Shown: piece by piece, positions 27,230-41,900 of the stretch
Numbering within the stretch: the stretch's first letter is position 1
How the letters are laid out: each line of letters begins with the position of its first letter
Assembly (NCBI RefSeq): GCF_009914755.1
Contig: NC_060928.1
Strand: one strand, 5' to 3'
DNA from: the human T2T-CHM13v2.0 reference genome, Homo sapiens
Length of the DNA stretch: 64,000 bases
Position numbers and translations under genes: made by a program
Notes under the pieces: generated by a model
What the model was told of the DNA's origin: nothing
The model's database searches: none
What the model saw: the letters and a program-made list of their open reading frames with translations, nothing else

Positions 27230-27800
27230 CAAGTCACTTTTCCTGCCATCAGGGAATTCAGGCTTAATTTGGGATAAAGACAGGCAAAATTATCATCCCG
27301 TACAAAGTGGTAAGTATAATTAGGGCAAGCACTGGGAGCCAGGTGCACGCATAGGGAGAAAGTCTAAGGAAAGCTGTCTGAAGGTGAACGCATCTAAGCC
27401 AAGTTTAATGGCCAGTTAGAAATTAGCTAGATTAAAAAAAAAATGGGAGCTGGGGCATTCCAGGCAGTGGAAGTAGCTTGGTGTGGGAAGAAAGAAGCAG
27501 GAGCTGAAGCTGGAGATAGAAAAGAACCTAAATGTTGAAGGGTTTTGTTTGCCATTCTAAGGACTTCAGATTTTATCCTGAAGGTGATGGGGAATCTTTG
27601 ATGAAGTTTAATAATCACTTTTGAAATTTCAAAGGATTACTTTAGAGCGATGGATGGAGGCAGGGGAGAGTGTTAGAAGGTTATTGCAGTCTCCCGTACA
27701 GAGGATCAGGACTTGAACTGAAGTGGTGGTATAGTGTCAGAGATTAAGAGGAGTGAGCATGGTTGATAAAGATTAAAAAGCTAGCTTTGATAGGATTTGA
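27230..27800 (-). mobile_element. L2 fragment
   Basis: gccattctaaggacttcagattttatcctgaaggtgatggggaatc..aaaggattacttt. Confidence 0.7.
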
Positions 27801-28114
27801 AGTTAAATGGTTCTGAAGATGACCTTTGAACAACAATTGCAGTGGCAGTTGAAAACATAGAAGTAGATCATTTCACCCAGTGGAAGTCTGTAGAATAGAC
27901 AGCAAATAAATTGTTTATAAGAATGACATATCTGATATCTATGATAGCTTTTAAAAAGCCTTTTTTTCTGCTACCTCTACCCATTTTTTGATCACTTAAA
28001 TGAGTAAACATAATACACAAAACTAGTAACTATTGGAACTCTAGTAATTGAAAGGTATGTAAATTTATAATCATGGATAATAATGAATATAGTGAATGTT
28101 AAGTGAATTAATAT

Positions 28115-28290
28115 TTAATGAATAGTCACAGGTACTATGCTAAGCATTTTTACCTATGTTGTTTAATATAATGTTCACTGTAGACATGTAAATAAGAAAT
28201 ATTATAATCTCATTTTTTCAAATAGTGAAGCAGGGTTAGAGAAATTAAAACTCTTGCCCCTGTTCATACATTTAGTATATGTTAAAACAG
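28115..28290 (-). mobile_element. MIR
   Basis: caggtactatgctaagcatttt..ctcatttt..gttagagaaattaaaactcttgccc. Confidence 0.65.
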
Positions 28291-28536
28291 ATACAGATCC
28301 TTAGTGTGCTTTATTCATCTTTTTTTCTCATCCAGTTGGATGTACTTGTGATGTGTGAAGTAATAGCCACAATGCTGCACTATTGGTCTCAGTGTCAGCA
28401 ACCAATCAGCCTTTCTGAAATCTGGATTACTGCCTTGATAAATATCTTAGTTTGATGAACTCTCTCAGATAATTTTACTTTATGTCATTTTATTTTCGCT
28501 AATATTCTTGTTATTATTATCTTATGTGGCTTTCAG

Positions 28537-28563
28537 TGTGTGTGTGTGTGTGTGTGTGTGTGT
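28537..28563 (+). repeat. (GT)n microsatellite
   Basis: Directly visible. Confidence 0.95.
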
Positions 28564-29453
28564 ACACTAGTACATAAATAGACAAAGTCTTTGTTCTCTT
28601 AGATCTTACCTAAACATAGAGGCAGACTAAGAAAGAGATGTAAGACTATTTGAATCTTTTTAAAAAAAATCAAAGTATAATTGAATAGAGAATAAAGCCT
28701 TATCATGGTAAGTGTTATTTAGATATACAAAATACATGTTCTTAAGTAATATTTCTGTGGCTCATCTGAACCAGAAATGTAATTTTGTAGAGTATTGGTG
28801 GGTGGGAGGAAAGAGTTCACAGGCGGGATGGAGAAGTGGAGTAAAGGTGCAATGAGTGAGGTCCTCTCACTCTCTGCCTGAGATGTCTCCTTTCCACAGA
28901 AAGTGAAGGCAACAGGAATTTGGTTCATAAGAATCCTCTCAACAATACATACTGGCTAGACTACAGCATGATTATTCAGGGCCATATTTTCAGAGTGGTG
29001 ACACTATAAAGATGAGCTAAGCACCATGAATTACTTACAGACAGTCATTTTCTCAATTGACTTTTAGAGTGGACCACTCTTAAATTACAGACAATATGAC
29101 ATGGTTTATCTAATTTACATAAAAATTCTCCTTGGTGCCCTGAAGGATTACCTGGGAAATAATTTTTCTGGGACATTAATAATGCTTAACAGTCTATACC
29201 AGTCTGGAGGTTGCCAAAGGCTGAGCAAAGTTTTATTTTACCCATGTTGGTGTCTCTTTAATATTATTAAATATGTTTTATATTGTCTTCAAAACATCAG
29301 CAGAATTCCTAAAGTTATATAAACTCCTTGTACTTTCTCCGTCTTTTCATAGCAGAATGTAAAACTAATATTAGTGAAATGAGTCTGTTTTATTTAAACC
29401 TTGTGCTCATTAGTAAGTCATAAGGTTAAAAGGGAGGACTAAAATACAGTAAT

Positions 29454-30008
29454 TGTTGGGGAGGAAAGACTTCCTTCTGCCTTCTTAGGTTCTGTGGCTG
29501 ATCTAAGAACTAAACCAATATGTAACAGATTAACAGGAGAAAAGCATACAAATGTATTTATGTAAAGTTTTTACGTGTGCGTGGGAGACTTCAGAAAGAA
29601 AATGAAGATCCGAAGAAACCGTCAGGCCCAAATACTTACATACGTTTTGCACAAAGAATGATAAATTGTGGGGATGTGACAAGACAAAGGAGGTTGGGCT
29701 GGGGGCAATAAATTGTGGGAAAGAGATTAGGAAATATATGGGAGAGACTGATGGAAGTTAAGGGTTATTTTAGTAGGTTTGTTTGAACAGGTCTCTTTTG
29801 TGTGGACTCCCAGTCTCTAGTGATGAGAATGTTCTCTTCCTGCTATAGGGAAGGGACATTTCCCCTGGGAAATTTTATGATCTGCTTTTATGTAGAAAGG
29901 AGAAGATCACAGATCCCTTCCTATGTCTGTTTCTCAAGTGCATTCAGCTCAAAATTATCAATATACCAAAGTGGCATATTTTGGAATGGCATGTTCTAAA
30001 ACTCTTCC
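29454..30008 (-). mobile_element. ERV1-class solo LTR (MER31/MER67-like)
   Basis: taacagattaacaggagaaaagcatacaa..cagctcaaaattatcaatataccaaagtggcatattttgg. Confidence 0.65.
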
Positions 30009-32304
30009 TAATCTTATTCAAAATTTTTCAATAATTTTCAAGATGAAGACTATTTTTTCCTATGATTACTTTCATTTTAGTCACCTGAATCATACTTTTT
30101 AAAATGTTATAGGAAAATCATTTAAGGTTGCAAACCTGAAAATAAGTTATCTCATCTTCTACTTAGCTTTATTTTTTTCTCAGTAAAGGGCCGTGTTGTC
30201 AACCAAATTTGTTTTCCAATACAGAATCAAATTATATTTCCCCATTATTTTTACTGTTATGGTAAAATAAATGCTAGTATCCCTCATTTTCTATGCTTTA
30301 TCCATAATAAAGAACAGACTGTGTGCTTATAATGGCAGGGACACTGTTCATTATTTTACCACTTGAATTCCCAGTATCTGTCAAACTCCTGACCCACTGT
30401 TGGCCCTTGAATCTTGACAACTATTTCTTGAATGAATGAATTATAAAGCTTGTCACGTTTCAGAAAATACTTTAAATTCTTGGTGTTTCATATTCATTCT
30501 GCTCCTACTGAAAATTATATGTGTCATTCTGCTCCTACTGAAAATTATATGTGCTTTTTGACTTACATACCAGTGTACTTCACCAAAGTAAACATATTTG
30601 CCAAAAGATACTGTGGGTATCAAATCTATTATGGTAGAGAAGTATTTCTTAAGATGAATGCATTGCTTTGTGAGGAATGTTGTGGTCACTACACTTACCT
30701 AGTTTTTGCAGTCAAACCAAAATACATCTGCAGGGTATCCTGGTAATTTTGGTCTCATTTATCACTGTGCACTATCTTTTTTTTTTCTTTTTTTGCAATA
30801 GTATCCTGTTGACTCTTTTGAAATAATGCAATTCTTTAGCCAATGCACTATAGTACCATATTCTGTCTGAGAGGCCAGGGATTTTCTAAGTCTTTGAAAT
30901 TTATATTTTCAGCAATTTATCCCTATATGGCATGGTATAAGCACATTCCATCTAAAATTGCAGGAAAATCATGAGGCTGGTGACTGAAGATATAACTGGA
31001 GACCGTTTAAATAATTTCAAAAAAAGAACTCAAACCAGTAGAAAAGCATGTAAAACATAGTATTTTTTAATCTAAAAACTTACCTTTTGAAATAGTTTGA
31101 AATAGTTTTGAAATAGTTTGAAATCAAACATTTTATTTGGGACTAGTATACAGTTTCACATAGCTATTGATTATCATTTTTAAAGGCTTAGCATTTTGTT
31201 CCCACCAGTAATGTAACTTAATTATTACAAGTAACAGTAATAGAATTTTGTCACCATGATATTTCCTAGGCAATTGATTTGATGTTATTCAGAAGTCATT
31301 TTGTTCATTTGAAGCCATGTTGGGTTACATCTCAGTTCCTGACCAAAGCAATGATTATCAAACTGTTAGGTGAATTACTACGTAAATAAAAGAGATTTTA
31401 GAAAGGTAGATAAATTGCTATTTAAAATTTGGACTAATGTATGTGTTTAAACAACAGTTTGTTGCTTTGCTAGGATAATATATGCTTATTCTTTAAACAT
31501 GCCAGTGATGCAGAAAACTAAAATAAAAAATTAGGCTTATCCCAAATTCTACAAGTAAAAATAGCCATTATTAAAAATATATGAAAATCAATTCAGATAT
31601 CTCTCTAAACCTATTGATAGATTGAGATTAGAACTCACATCTGTCATGTAACAATTCCCATGCTCCTTCCTGTATACCTTAATGCCTTAAAGCATAAGGT
31701 TGAAGGAGAAGTACACTGACTATATACATAGCAATGTTTCAAGAGTGCAAAAAGCATTATGATCAGGAATGAAATTATTAAGAGCCTGGATAATACTCTT
31801 TGAAACTGTTGGGAGACAATTTTATTTGGGTCTCTTGTCTTTCTCTGTTTGTTGAGAGGAGAGACACTGACAGCAAGTAAAGAACTTAATACAGCTCTGA
31901 ACACATAGTATGCATTCAATAACTATATGCTATTACTAATACAGTTATATTTAGAATTTTTAAACTTTTGTATATAGTAAAATTTCAAAAAGTATTGTAT
32001 GTGCCAATAAAGATTTTTAAAAGGCAGGTCCATAAATCAGTCTACTAGTACAAATCCTGATAACAATTTGTAGATTGTCCAGTAAGAGAAAAATATTTTC
32101 CACTGGAACAAATCCTAGAATTCCTAGATTTTAGCAGAAAAGAGCAATTGAAAAAAGATGTCAAGATATACACTGACAGCTCATCATGAGATATTAGCTG
32201 TTTCTGAATTCTATTTTTTTTCTTAATGCATGCACAATCTCATCACTATTCTTTCTCACTCAAAAGACTCAACTTTCTCTGCTTCAATTTGCTAAAGCCT
32301 TAGT

Positions 32305-32309
<5 letters not shown>

Positions 32310-32350
<41 letters not shown>

Positions 32351-32368
32351 CAGAGAGTGTGTGTGTGT
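32310..32368 (+). repeat. (TG)n compound microsatellite
   Basis: Directly visible. Confidence 0.95.
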
Positions 32369-33179
32369 TTTACAAAAGGTGCCCTTTTCTTAAATAATTG
32401 TTATAATGTTCAAGTGAGGGCCATATGGCCTCCCAATTTTTGGATGACATTGACAAGTGCAATGCAAATTTGCAAACAAAATGACATACATCTTGGAGTG
32501 ATTAAACTAATTCTTTTTTAATGACTAAGAATGCTATGCCCAAATTCCAAACCATTCTCCAACATTGATCAATAACAAGTACAAATAGTTGAACAGTATG
32601 TAATAAAGACAAAAGAAAAGAAGTACAATTTTAAATTGTATTCTAAGAACACAGATCATAATCAAGTCTTCATTTAAAAAACTAAAATGTTTTCACCCTT
32701 GTAAGGGTAATGAATGGGAATGTTTAAATAAACCATGGCAAATTCTATTATGGATGTTTTTAAAAATGAGGTATTTAAGCATCCAATGACACGGAATAGC
32801 TTCTAGGATATAGCAAGTTTTAAAAAGCAGATGAGAGAGTAATTATATAAATTGTCTAATGTGAAAGAAAGATCTAAATATGTGAGTTTTAAGTATTCTG
32901 CCTTGAATGGCTTTATAACTGTAGAGATTATTCTTTATATATGCGATTTCAAAATCAAGGCAAAGTATGTCTAGTTTTGAGTATCTCTTTTTTAAAAAAA
33001 TTTTTGCTTAAAAAATAAAGAGCTCTTTTATTCTGTGTGTACAGGATTTGTTTGTTTTTTTTAAATAAGCCTGGAAATGTTTTCTTCTATTCTGTCTTTG
33101 ATTTTTCGCTTCCTCAACAGTGCATACTAGGCAGTGAGAAAGCAGGAATGAGTAACACAAATATGTTTTGAGTTTTACT

Positions 33180-33390
33180 GTAATAATTGCTAACATTTAT
33201 TGAGGGTTCTCTGCATGTCAGATTGTTGTAAGTAAAACATCATGCCCTCACATGGAAGGTATTATAATTATATGCATTTTAGAAATCAGAAAGTTGAGCC
33301 ACAGAAAGGGCCAGTAACTTGCTCCAGGTGCCCCAGCTTGGAAGAAGCAGAGCCAGAGTTTGAACCTAGGTGTTTTGACTTAAGTCCATA
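33180..33390 (-). mobile_element. MIR
   Basis: gctaacatttattgagg..agtaacttgctccaggt..cagagccagagtttgaacctagg. Confidence 0.8.
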
Positions 33391-33828
33391 CTAAATAATT
33401 ACGCATTTACTTGAGAACTTATTTGTAGTTACTGCATGTGATCTTGTACCTTTCTTAGGATCACTGCATGTGGGGCCTCTATTTCCTATCCTCTAAATTT
33501 TCATCTGTTCTCTTATTTGCTTTTGTATAGGAGGGTACCTTTTTCTTTTCAAGTTCAGAGGGAATAGATCAATTATCATTCACATTATTGAGTCAGGTTT
33601 TCAAATTATCAATTCTGCTTGCTATTTTCTTCATTGTAGATTTAAAAATCTGTTACTTTTGTTCTTATTGAAGATTTTTCTTATCTCAACAGCCTCACAT
33701 TTACTTTCATCCTGTTGTCTTTTAACCTTATAATTAGGCCCCATTTTGATGTAGCAAATTATACTTAGTTATACATGGTACATATGGGGATGAATTGAGT
33801 ATATTCCTGCTGGAGTAACTAGGAATAC

Positions 33829-33862
<34 letters not shown>

Positions 33863-36589
33863 GAATGTTAGAAAGCAATATGGTCTTAAAAAAGAGAGAG
33901 ACAATATGAAATCAACAAGAAAAGCACACACACATATAAACTTATTTACACCTCAGGGCAAAGAGAAACCTAACTTGCACATTTAGGTGTTAGCACCAGT
34001 TACCCAGAATTCTAAATTACCTTTGTTCTCCAGATCTCTTGTGTTTCTTAAAATTTTATTTAGGAACTCCACCACCTACAACCATGTTCAAATGTGGTAA
34101 CCTCTCATATATTAGATATTTCTTGTGCTTCGAGTATCCAGAAGCAGGTACCTAAAGTCAATGTAATTGAAGATATAAAATTGTTCTTTCCATTTTTGTC
34201 AGCAATTTTGACTGGAGTCAAATTAAAGTGTGATGGGCAAACTTGGTCTGTTGCATTCTATAATTATTGCTGTCAGGATACTTTCAACTACAGATAGGAT
34301 TGTTTCTGCATTTATCATTCTCTGTTCCTGCTTATGTATTTGTCAGTGCAGCTGTGATTCATTTATTTTACAATACTGCAGCTAATCGTGTATGGGCTAT
34401 TTGATTAAAAACAACATTTTAACAAGACCAAAATAGCCAAGGCAGGGGAAAATGTGGTTATATAACAATGTTCGAACTTTTTTTGGAAGCAACATTGAAA
34501 AAGATTATTCATTTGTGTAGCAGCTCTGAAAGCCAAATAATAATTATGGTGGCATTGTTCTGTTGTCCATATTGTCCAAATCTGGAATGGTAAACCAGAA
34601 AGGGAAAAGAGAATTATCCCTCATTATCTTGTTTGATTTGGCCTCTTAGATGGTCAATATTGCTAAGTTGCCCTTTGGTGGGAAGAAATTAGATTCTATT
34701 GCATGCCACTAAAGGTCTCTTTTCATGGTTGGATGTTTTCGTATTCATGAGGCTCAGAATGCCATACTAAAGTAAAGATAATTATGAATGCAATTATTAG
34801 TAATTTAGGCCATCAACATAACATACAAATGGATCATTCACTCTGAAATTTGCAAGATACTTATAAACACTGAAAAAAAAGAATAAAAAGAAACTCCAGG
34901 AGCTAAAGTAAAATTGTTTGAGACAGTGAGAGTTAAGGTCTATACTCCTAATATTAACCTTTGTGCCAAATATATTTCAATTGTGATAACTGTCCTTTTT
35001 TATGCCTTTGTATGGGACCATCAAATCTGGGTATACACTTTGAATGATAATCCTATAGCTTATGCTGAGTGTTATGTGACTAAAAATAGCATAAAGTCAG
35101 CATAGCTGGATACATAGATAAAATCATGGGGATTAAATTTTTCTTGTAACAAGTTTTATCATCTTCTAAAAATACTGATTCGATTTGATAAAATAAACAC
35201 TCTGTTGAAGCAGCAGCCATTTTGGTCCTACAAAGCAGGTTTTTCCATTCACCTTCTCTATAACAACACATTCCATTTACTTTGGGGAAGTATTTCTTCC
35301 TTGATTTTGCAGTCTTGATAGTGCTCCCATCACAGTGCCCTTCCTGCTGGTCATGGGATTGATCAAATGTCCCCGGCTGGGCCAGTTATAATTTCTGAAT
35401 CTGCAAATACACAGTGATGGATGTCAGGTTAAGCATAAAGCCCACATAGTGATTGAGACCAGTTAGATTCTTTTCTGATACATTTCTGAGTGGCTGATGG
35501 TGAAATGGTATTCACTCCACCTGATTCAATGATGAACAAAAGTGACCTTAATTAGTCAGGAGAGTCTATTCCCTGGAACATGGATAGAGACAAACAACTG
35601 GTCAGTGGTGGAGTTGTGGGGAGACAGTGAGGAAGAGCAAGGCATTTCTTTCTGGCTAAATTATTGAGTCCTGAGGCTAGCCAACATCCTTAGATATCCT
35701 CACTTCAAAAAGTAATAAATCCCTTTTATTATTTAAGTTTTTTCCAATTGTATTACTGTCACAATTTACTGAAAAATGTAACTCATTACTGAAAATAGCC
35801 TAATTTAAAAATTGATGTTTTCACAGAAATGAAAATGAAATATTTATTTTGACATCTGATAATATTTCTTATGTTGCTGAAGTAATTTGGGGAAATTAGT
35901 ATTCAACCCCCTTGGCAGTATGGGCATATCCTATAGAGAGATACATAGCTAGCAGAAAATGTAATGGTAACTAATGTTAACTATGCTTTCTAAGCATTAA
36001 AGGTATAGTATGAGTATACAAATAATTATATTATGATGTTAGTATATTCGTGTATGAAAAATTTTACAATGCTTCACAGAGTGGGCTGCATCATGTTGAA
36101 GATACAGGTAAAGCAAGCACAGTAAGCTCACCAATAAAATGCAAATAATATTGACGTTCAACAAAAACAGGTCTAGGAGAGTGAAAGTCACTAACATTTA
36201 TTGAATACCACCTAGGTGTTTTCACATGTTATATAGTTTTATCCTCACATCAGCCCTGTGAGATAGACATTATTATCCTCATTTTGAAGAAAATAAGTTG
36301 CTGTGAAGACAAGTAATTTTGCCCAGGGTCATAGCTTCTTATACCACACCACATGGCCTCTGATTACAACCAACTAGTTGGTAAGTTTTCAGGTGTTTAA
36401 TTTAGAGAAATTTTAGACTTTGTGCAGAATATACTATTAATTGAGAAAATAAAGGGGATTTTGTTTGAAAAGACAGTGCAAAATGTCTATGAAGAGTGAT
36501 CTGATTTCTGGTTAGAAAGGAAGAATCTGAGAATTTTTTAAAGGAAAACTATTGATTTTTGAATACACAAAAATAAATCTTTTGGCTCA

Positions 36590-37400
<811 letters not shown>

Positions 37401-37434
37401 GAACAAGCAGGAGAGCAAATTCTAAGTAATGGAC

Positions 37435-37615
37435 CTTGTTATTATTTGTATAAATTTATGGGGTACAAGTATAATTTTGTTACAAGCATAGATTGCATAG
37501 TGTGAAGTCAAGGCTTTTAGTGTATACATTACCCAAATAACACATATTGTATCCATTAAGTAATTTCTCACCATTCACCCCCTTTACACCCCCTCACCCT
37601 TCCTAGTCTGTGCTA
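37435..37615 (-). mobile_element. L1MA 3' end fragment
   Basis: ttatggggtacaagtataattttgttacaagcatagattgcatagtg..gtcaaggcttttagtgtat. Confidence 0.8.
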
Positions 37616-37922
37616 TACTGTGCAAACAGAACAAAGAGAAACTAATTGTTGTCTGAGAGTCAGACAACTATATATATATATACAAATGTAAAGGAAACAT
37701 ATTAAACAAATGGTGGGATTAACCAGTATTTGCTATGCATATTTCTGAGGAGTTAAAGTGCATGGATCATTTACTGTAATGTCAATTATAGAATTTGTAA
37801 TCTGAGTGACATCCCTAGTTGTCATCATAATTAAACAATGAGCATTTTGATATTCTGTTTTGTTAGTAGCCAATCCCTAAGGGCCTGATTACCCTAGAAG
37901 CAAAAAGTGGGAAGTCAATGAA

Positions 37923-38328
37923 TGTTATGAGATGAATTCTGTCTCTCAAAAATCCATATGTTGAAGCCTGAACCCCTAGTGCCTCAGCTAATGACTTTAC
38001 TTGGACATAGGGCCTTTAATGAGATGATTGAATTAAAATGAGGCTGTTAGGGTAGGACTTAATCCAATCTGACTGCTGTTCTGAAGAAGAAACTTGGACA
38101 CACAGGGAGACACCAGGGATGCATACACAAACAGAGGAAAGACCTTGTCAGAGCACAGCAAACAGGCAGCCACCTGCAAGCCAAGGACAGAGGCCTTGGC
38201 AGAAAGCAAATCTGCTGGCACCTTGATCTTGGACTTCCAGCCTCTAGAAGTCTGAGAAAACAAATTTTTATTCTTAAAGCTACCCAGGCTGTGTCATTTT
38301 CTTATGGCAGCCTGAGCAAATTCGCACA
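37923..38328 (+). mobile_element. MLT1A/B-type MaLR solo LTR
   Basis: tgttatg..tatgttgaagcc..ctgctggcaccttgatcttggacttccagcctctagaa..tatggcagcctgagcaaa. Confidence 0.9.
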
Positions 38329-39384
38329 GTTAGACTTTCTTGAATGGCTCACAACATGCCTGGTCACCTCCAGAGAATATATGCGTGGAAAGGTACCCAA
38401 GCCTAGGGATGGTTTGAATTTTCTTCTTTCTGTTTTTCTTCATTATAGACAAATATTTCTACAATTCAAACGGGTTTTAGGTACATTCTAAAAAACACCA
38501 TTTTAAAACAAAAAATCATAGCCTGCCAGTTTAAAAAGTTGAAGCTCAGCTGATGTTTCCTTATGTCGCACAGAAGTTCCTTTGCTTAATAAATCATAAA
38601 GTGCAATCCAACAATATCCATGCTATAATAAAATATGTCAGAATAAAAAATGAGCAATTAAGCCACCCTTTCATATGCTTTATCTAATTGTGGTGGTATT
38701 CCACATATTTAGACATAACCACATACTTGACTTTTTCAAACGTAATGAAAATAGCTATGATTTGGACATCAGCTCTTGCTTTATCATTTACATTTCTAAT
38801 GGTTCTTCTTTATATTCCAAGTCTTATAATAATGATAACTGGTACCTTTCAAAAAACATGGCCACTACGAGTTTTTTATGAAATATCTTCAATGTACCTA
38901 TAAATTGAGGAACCAAATGTTGAGAGACTAATAAGGGGTTCAGAAAAGGATTGAAAGTGAGAATGATTCCAGTGGAAATACAGCTGTGGAGGAACATGGA
39001 TCATTAGAAGAACCAGCAATGACAGAAGTGATAAAGAAACACAATATGAAGGAGAAGGATCAAATTCAGGATACAGAAGAATAAACTTGGTTTGGAGGAA
39101 ACAAACCAAGATTTATGTGGCTTTTGATCAAATGTCAAAGTACAGGATACAGACAATAAGTAAGTGAACCCACAAGTAACTGAAATATTTTAGTTTATTC
39201 CCAGCTGACATTCCCAATGACATTTCCTCACATGTGATTGGAAAGAAAAACCAATGAAAAATGAAAATGACTTTATAAATCACTTTGCCCTTCACCAATC
39301 ATCATCTAATCTTGCTAGGCCTGTGTGGTAAAAAATAATGCTTTAAAGCACAAAGCTCTTGGAACTGTAGAAAGACTGGAGAAA

Positions 39385-39387
<3 letters not shown>

Positions 39388-39427
<40 letters not shown>
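39388..39427 (+). repeat. Poly(T)40 homopolymer
   Basis: Directly visible. Confidence 0.95.
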
Positions 39428-39431
<4 letters not shown>

Positions 39432-39584
39432 ACCTTTCATCCTAAACGGACTTGAAATATTGTGTTACCCAGGCACATACTGAAATAGTTACTTCACATA
39501 GAATTGTGTTTGGATCATACATCTATGCCTTTAGTGGTAAATGAACTGGCTACATTGGCAATGGTAATAAAACAATAATTATTA

Positions 39585-39790
39585 TTATTATGACTGCAGC
39601 CATTTATCAGGCACTTTTATATGTTCTGTACATTAAAGAAATTTATAAAAACAACTCGATAGTATATAAATATACAGATGAGGAAAATCAAGTCTCCAGT
39701 AGTTCAAATTCTTTGCTCAGTCTCAGATCTGGCAAGTGGTACAAATAGGATTTGAACTCAGGTTTGTGTGACTCACAGCACCAGTGCTTA
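39585..39790 (-). mobile_element. MIR
   Basis: tacagatgaggaaaatcaag..gcaagtggt..ggatttgaactcaggtttgtgtgactc. Confidence 0.8.
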
Positions 39791-39829
39791 ATTTATATGT
39801 CTCGTGTAACCTCCATATCACTACTCTTT

Positions 39830-40230
39830 CTTGATCACTGAATGCCTGATATCCTGGACTTCATTCTGTTCCCTGAAAATACCAATTTTGTTCCCATCTC
39901 AAGCTTTTGCATGTACTGTTTCCCGTGCTCCGAAAGTTCCTACTCAAGTTTTCTTTTTGACTTGCTCCTTTTGCTTCTTAGATCTGAACCCAGATATCAC
40001 CTTCTCAGGAGGCTTTCTTGAGCACCTCATTTCAAGTTATCCAATCTCTACCACAGTAAACAGTTTTCTTCATGACACTTATCACTGAGAGTTTCTTATT
40101 TTTAATTTGTGTATATAGTTATTGATCCCCACTTCTCTCACCAAGGATATGAGTTCTATCCTCTGGGACAACCTCTAACATTTAATAGGTAAGCGCTCAG
40201 TAGATATTTGAAGAAAGAATGAATGAATAT
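39830..40230 (+). mobile_element. L2 3' region
   Basis: gcttttgcatgtactgtttccc..atcaccttctcaggaggctttc..gcgctcagtagatatttgaagaaagaatgaatgaa. Confidence 0.7.
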
Positions 40231-41714
40231 CATTTAACCCATAGGAGAGTTATTTACAGAAGGCATCATTATCCTTAATTTTTTTACATTTTGAACATTT
40301 CTGAAATTTATGAGAGTAAAATATCTTTCCAGTGCCAACTGGGTTAATATGTGGCCCAGCTGATATTCAAAACCAGGTCAGTCTTATTCCAAAACCCCTG
40401 CTTTTAACTGGAAAAGTATACTGCCTCCAGAAAGTGTCAGTTCCAAGGGTCACTAGCCTATGTGACTACCTAAGGCGCCTCTTTCAAGAATGTCCTTAGT
40501 ATAGAAGAAATGCCCTTGAAAGAAAAGTGAATCTCAGATTACCTGAAAGTTGTATCAGCTGAGAGATACAATACAAAGAAAAGGATAGGAAATCATTAGT
40601 TACCTTTTAGATTTAAAGTTTTACATCCAAAGGCAAACATACATAAAATTCATAGAGAAGAAAACTACTGTTGCTTAATTTTAGAAAAGTCAAAATATGT
40701 GTTTTAGCTAAATTTCAGAGGTTATAGGCTAATACTAAACTATTATTGATACTTTTCTATTTGATTATTTGGAGGACCATTTCCATTTTGAAACTTTGAA
40801 GAGAATATTTTCAAAACTTATATAAGCTAGAATTAAATTAAAAGATAATGCTAGCAAAACCAAAAAATAATCAATTCATGAATGTATATATCCAGACCTG
40901 TGTGTATATCTATATCTAACACCGGCATGCATTTTCAGGAAGGAGAGTCAGAAGGAAAGAAAATAAAAATCTTCCAATAACCAGTAAGCAATCTTCGTCA
41001 AGTTAGAAAACCGAAGTTGTTTAAATTCCAACAACTGAAAAAGAGTATAAGATTATTTGCAGATTGGTGTATTGCTTCCAGAAGGAAATATGTATGATGT
41101 TAAAAATGACTGTTGGGTCCATTTTCTGCAGGCCTGGCAATCTCTCTCCCCAGATGGGAGCTCTGTCATTCATACCTTCTTACATTAGTTGTGCTTTCCA
41201 TCTGTCTCCATCTCAGTCTACAATAGGATTATTTTACTTATGTTTAAGACAACTCAAATGTATGTTGTAAAGTTTTGTACATATGTCCAGGAGTTCCCAC
41301 AGTTACATGGTAAATGTGCAAAAAAAAAGTAAATGTCTGTATTCATTTGGTCTTCCTAAGGGAGGCATTCAAATTTGAAAGAGAAGTATAAGAGATATTT
41401 ATCTAAAATCACCAAGTATGGTCTTTAGAATAGTCTAGCCTTTCTTTTTTCTCTAATTATAATATTCAGGATTATTTTTCTTAAGTTTATGTAAAAGTGG
41501 TCATACTAAAGCAAATGGAAAGATAATCTACAAAACAAACCGTAGTAAAGGGAAATAATTTCTGGATATTTTCATTAAATTCATTTGTGGTTATTTTACT
41601 CTTTATATTTCCTGATGATATCACAAAACTATAATTAATAGAATCATATTATGTGTAATTATATGTAAAAAAGTATGTGTAATTATAACAAAGGGATATA
41701 GCATGTGGTCTTGC

Positions 41715-41900
41715 TGTGTCCCAGGTACAGTTTTAAATACTTTCCACGAATTCCAACAAAATAATATGCTTAGTATTCCTGTTTTAGTGAAGAGTAAACT
41801 GAGGCAGAGAAATGTTGGGAAATTTGCACAAAGCCCTATAGTTAAAAGCATCTAACCCAAGCTATCTGGCTCCAGACACCAAGCCCTAAGCCACTAAACT
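41715..41900 (-). mobile_element. MIR
   Basis: gaagagtaaactgaggcagagaaatgttgggaatttgcacaaag..tctggctccagac. Confidence 0.75.

Noticed and set aside
31086-31125. (tttgaaatag)x4 as a CRISPR-like array
   Set aside because: It is a spacerless 10-bp tandem repeat in eukaryotic DNA.
35200-35790. Possible ancient ERVL/MaLR LTR
   Set aside because: It has an LTR-like 3' end (aataaatccctttt) but is too degraded to assign without an HMM search.
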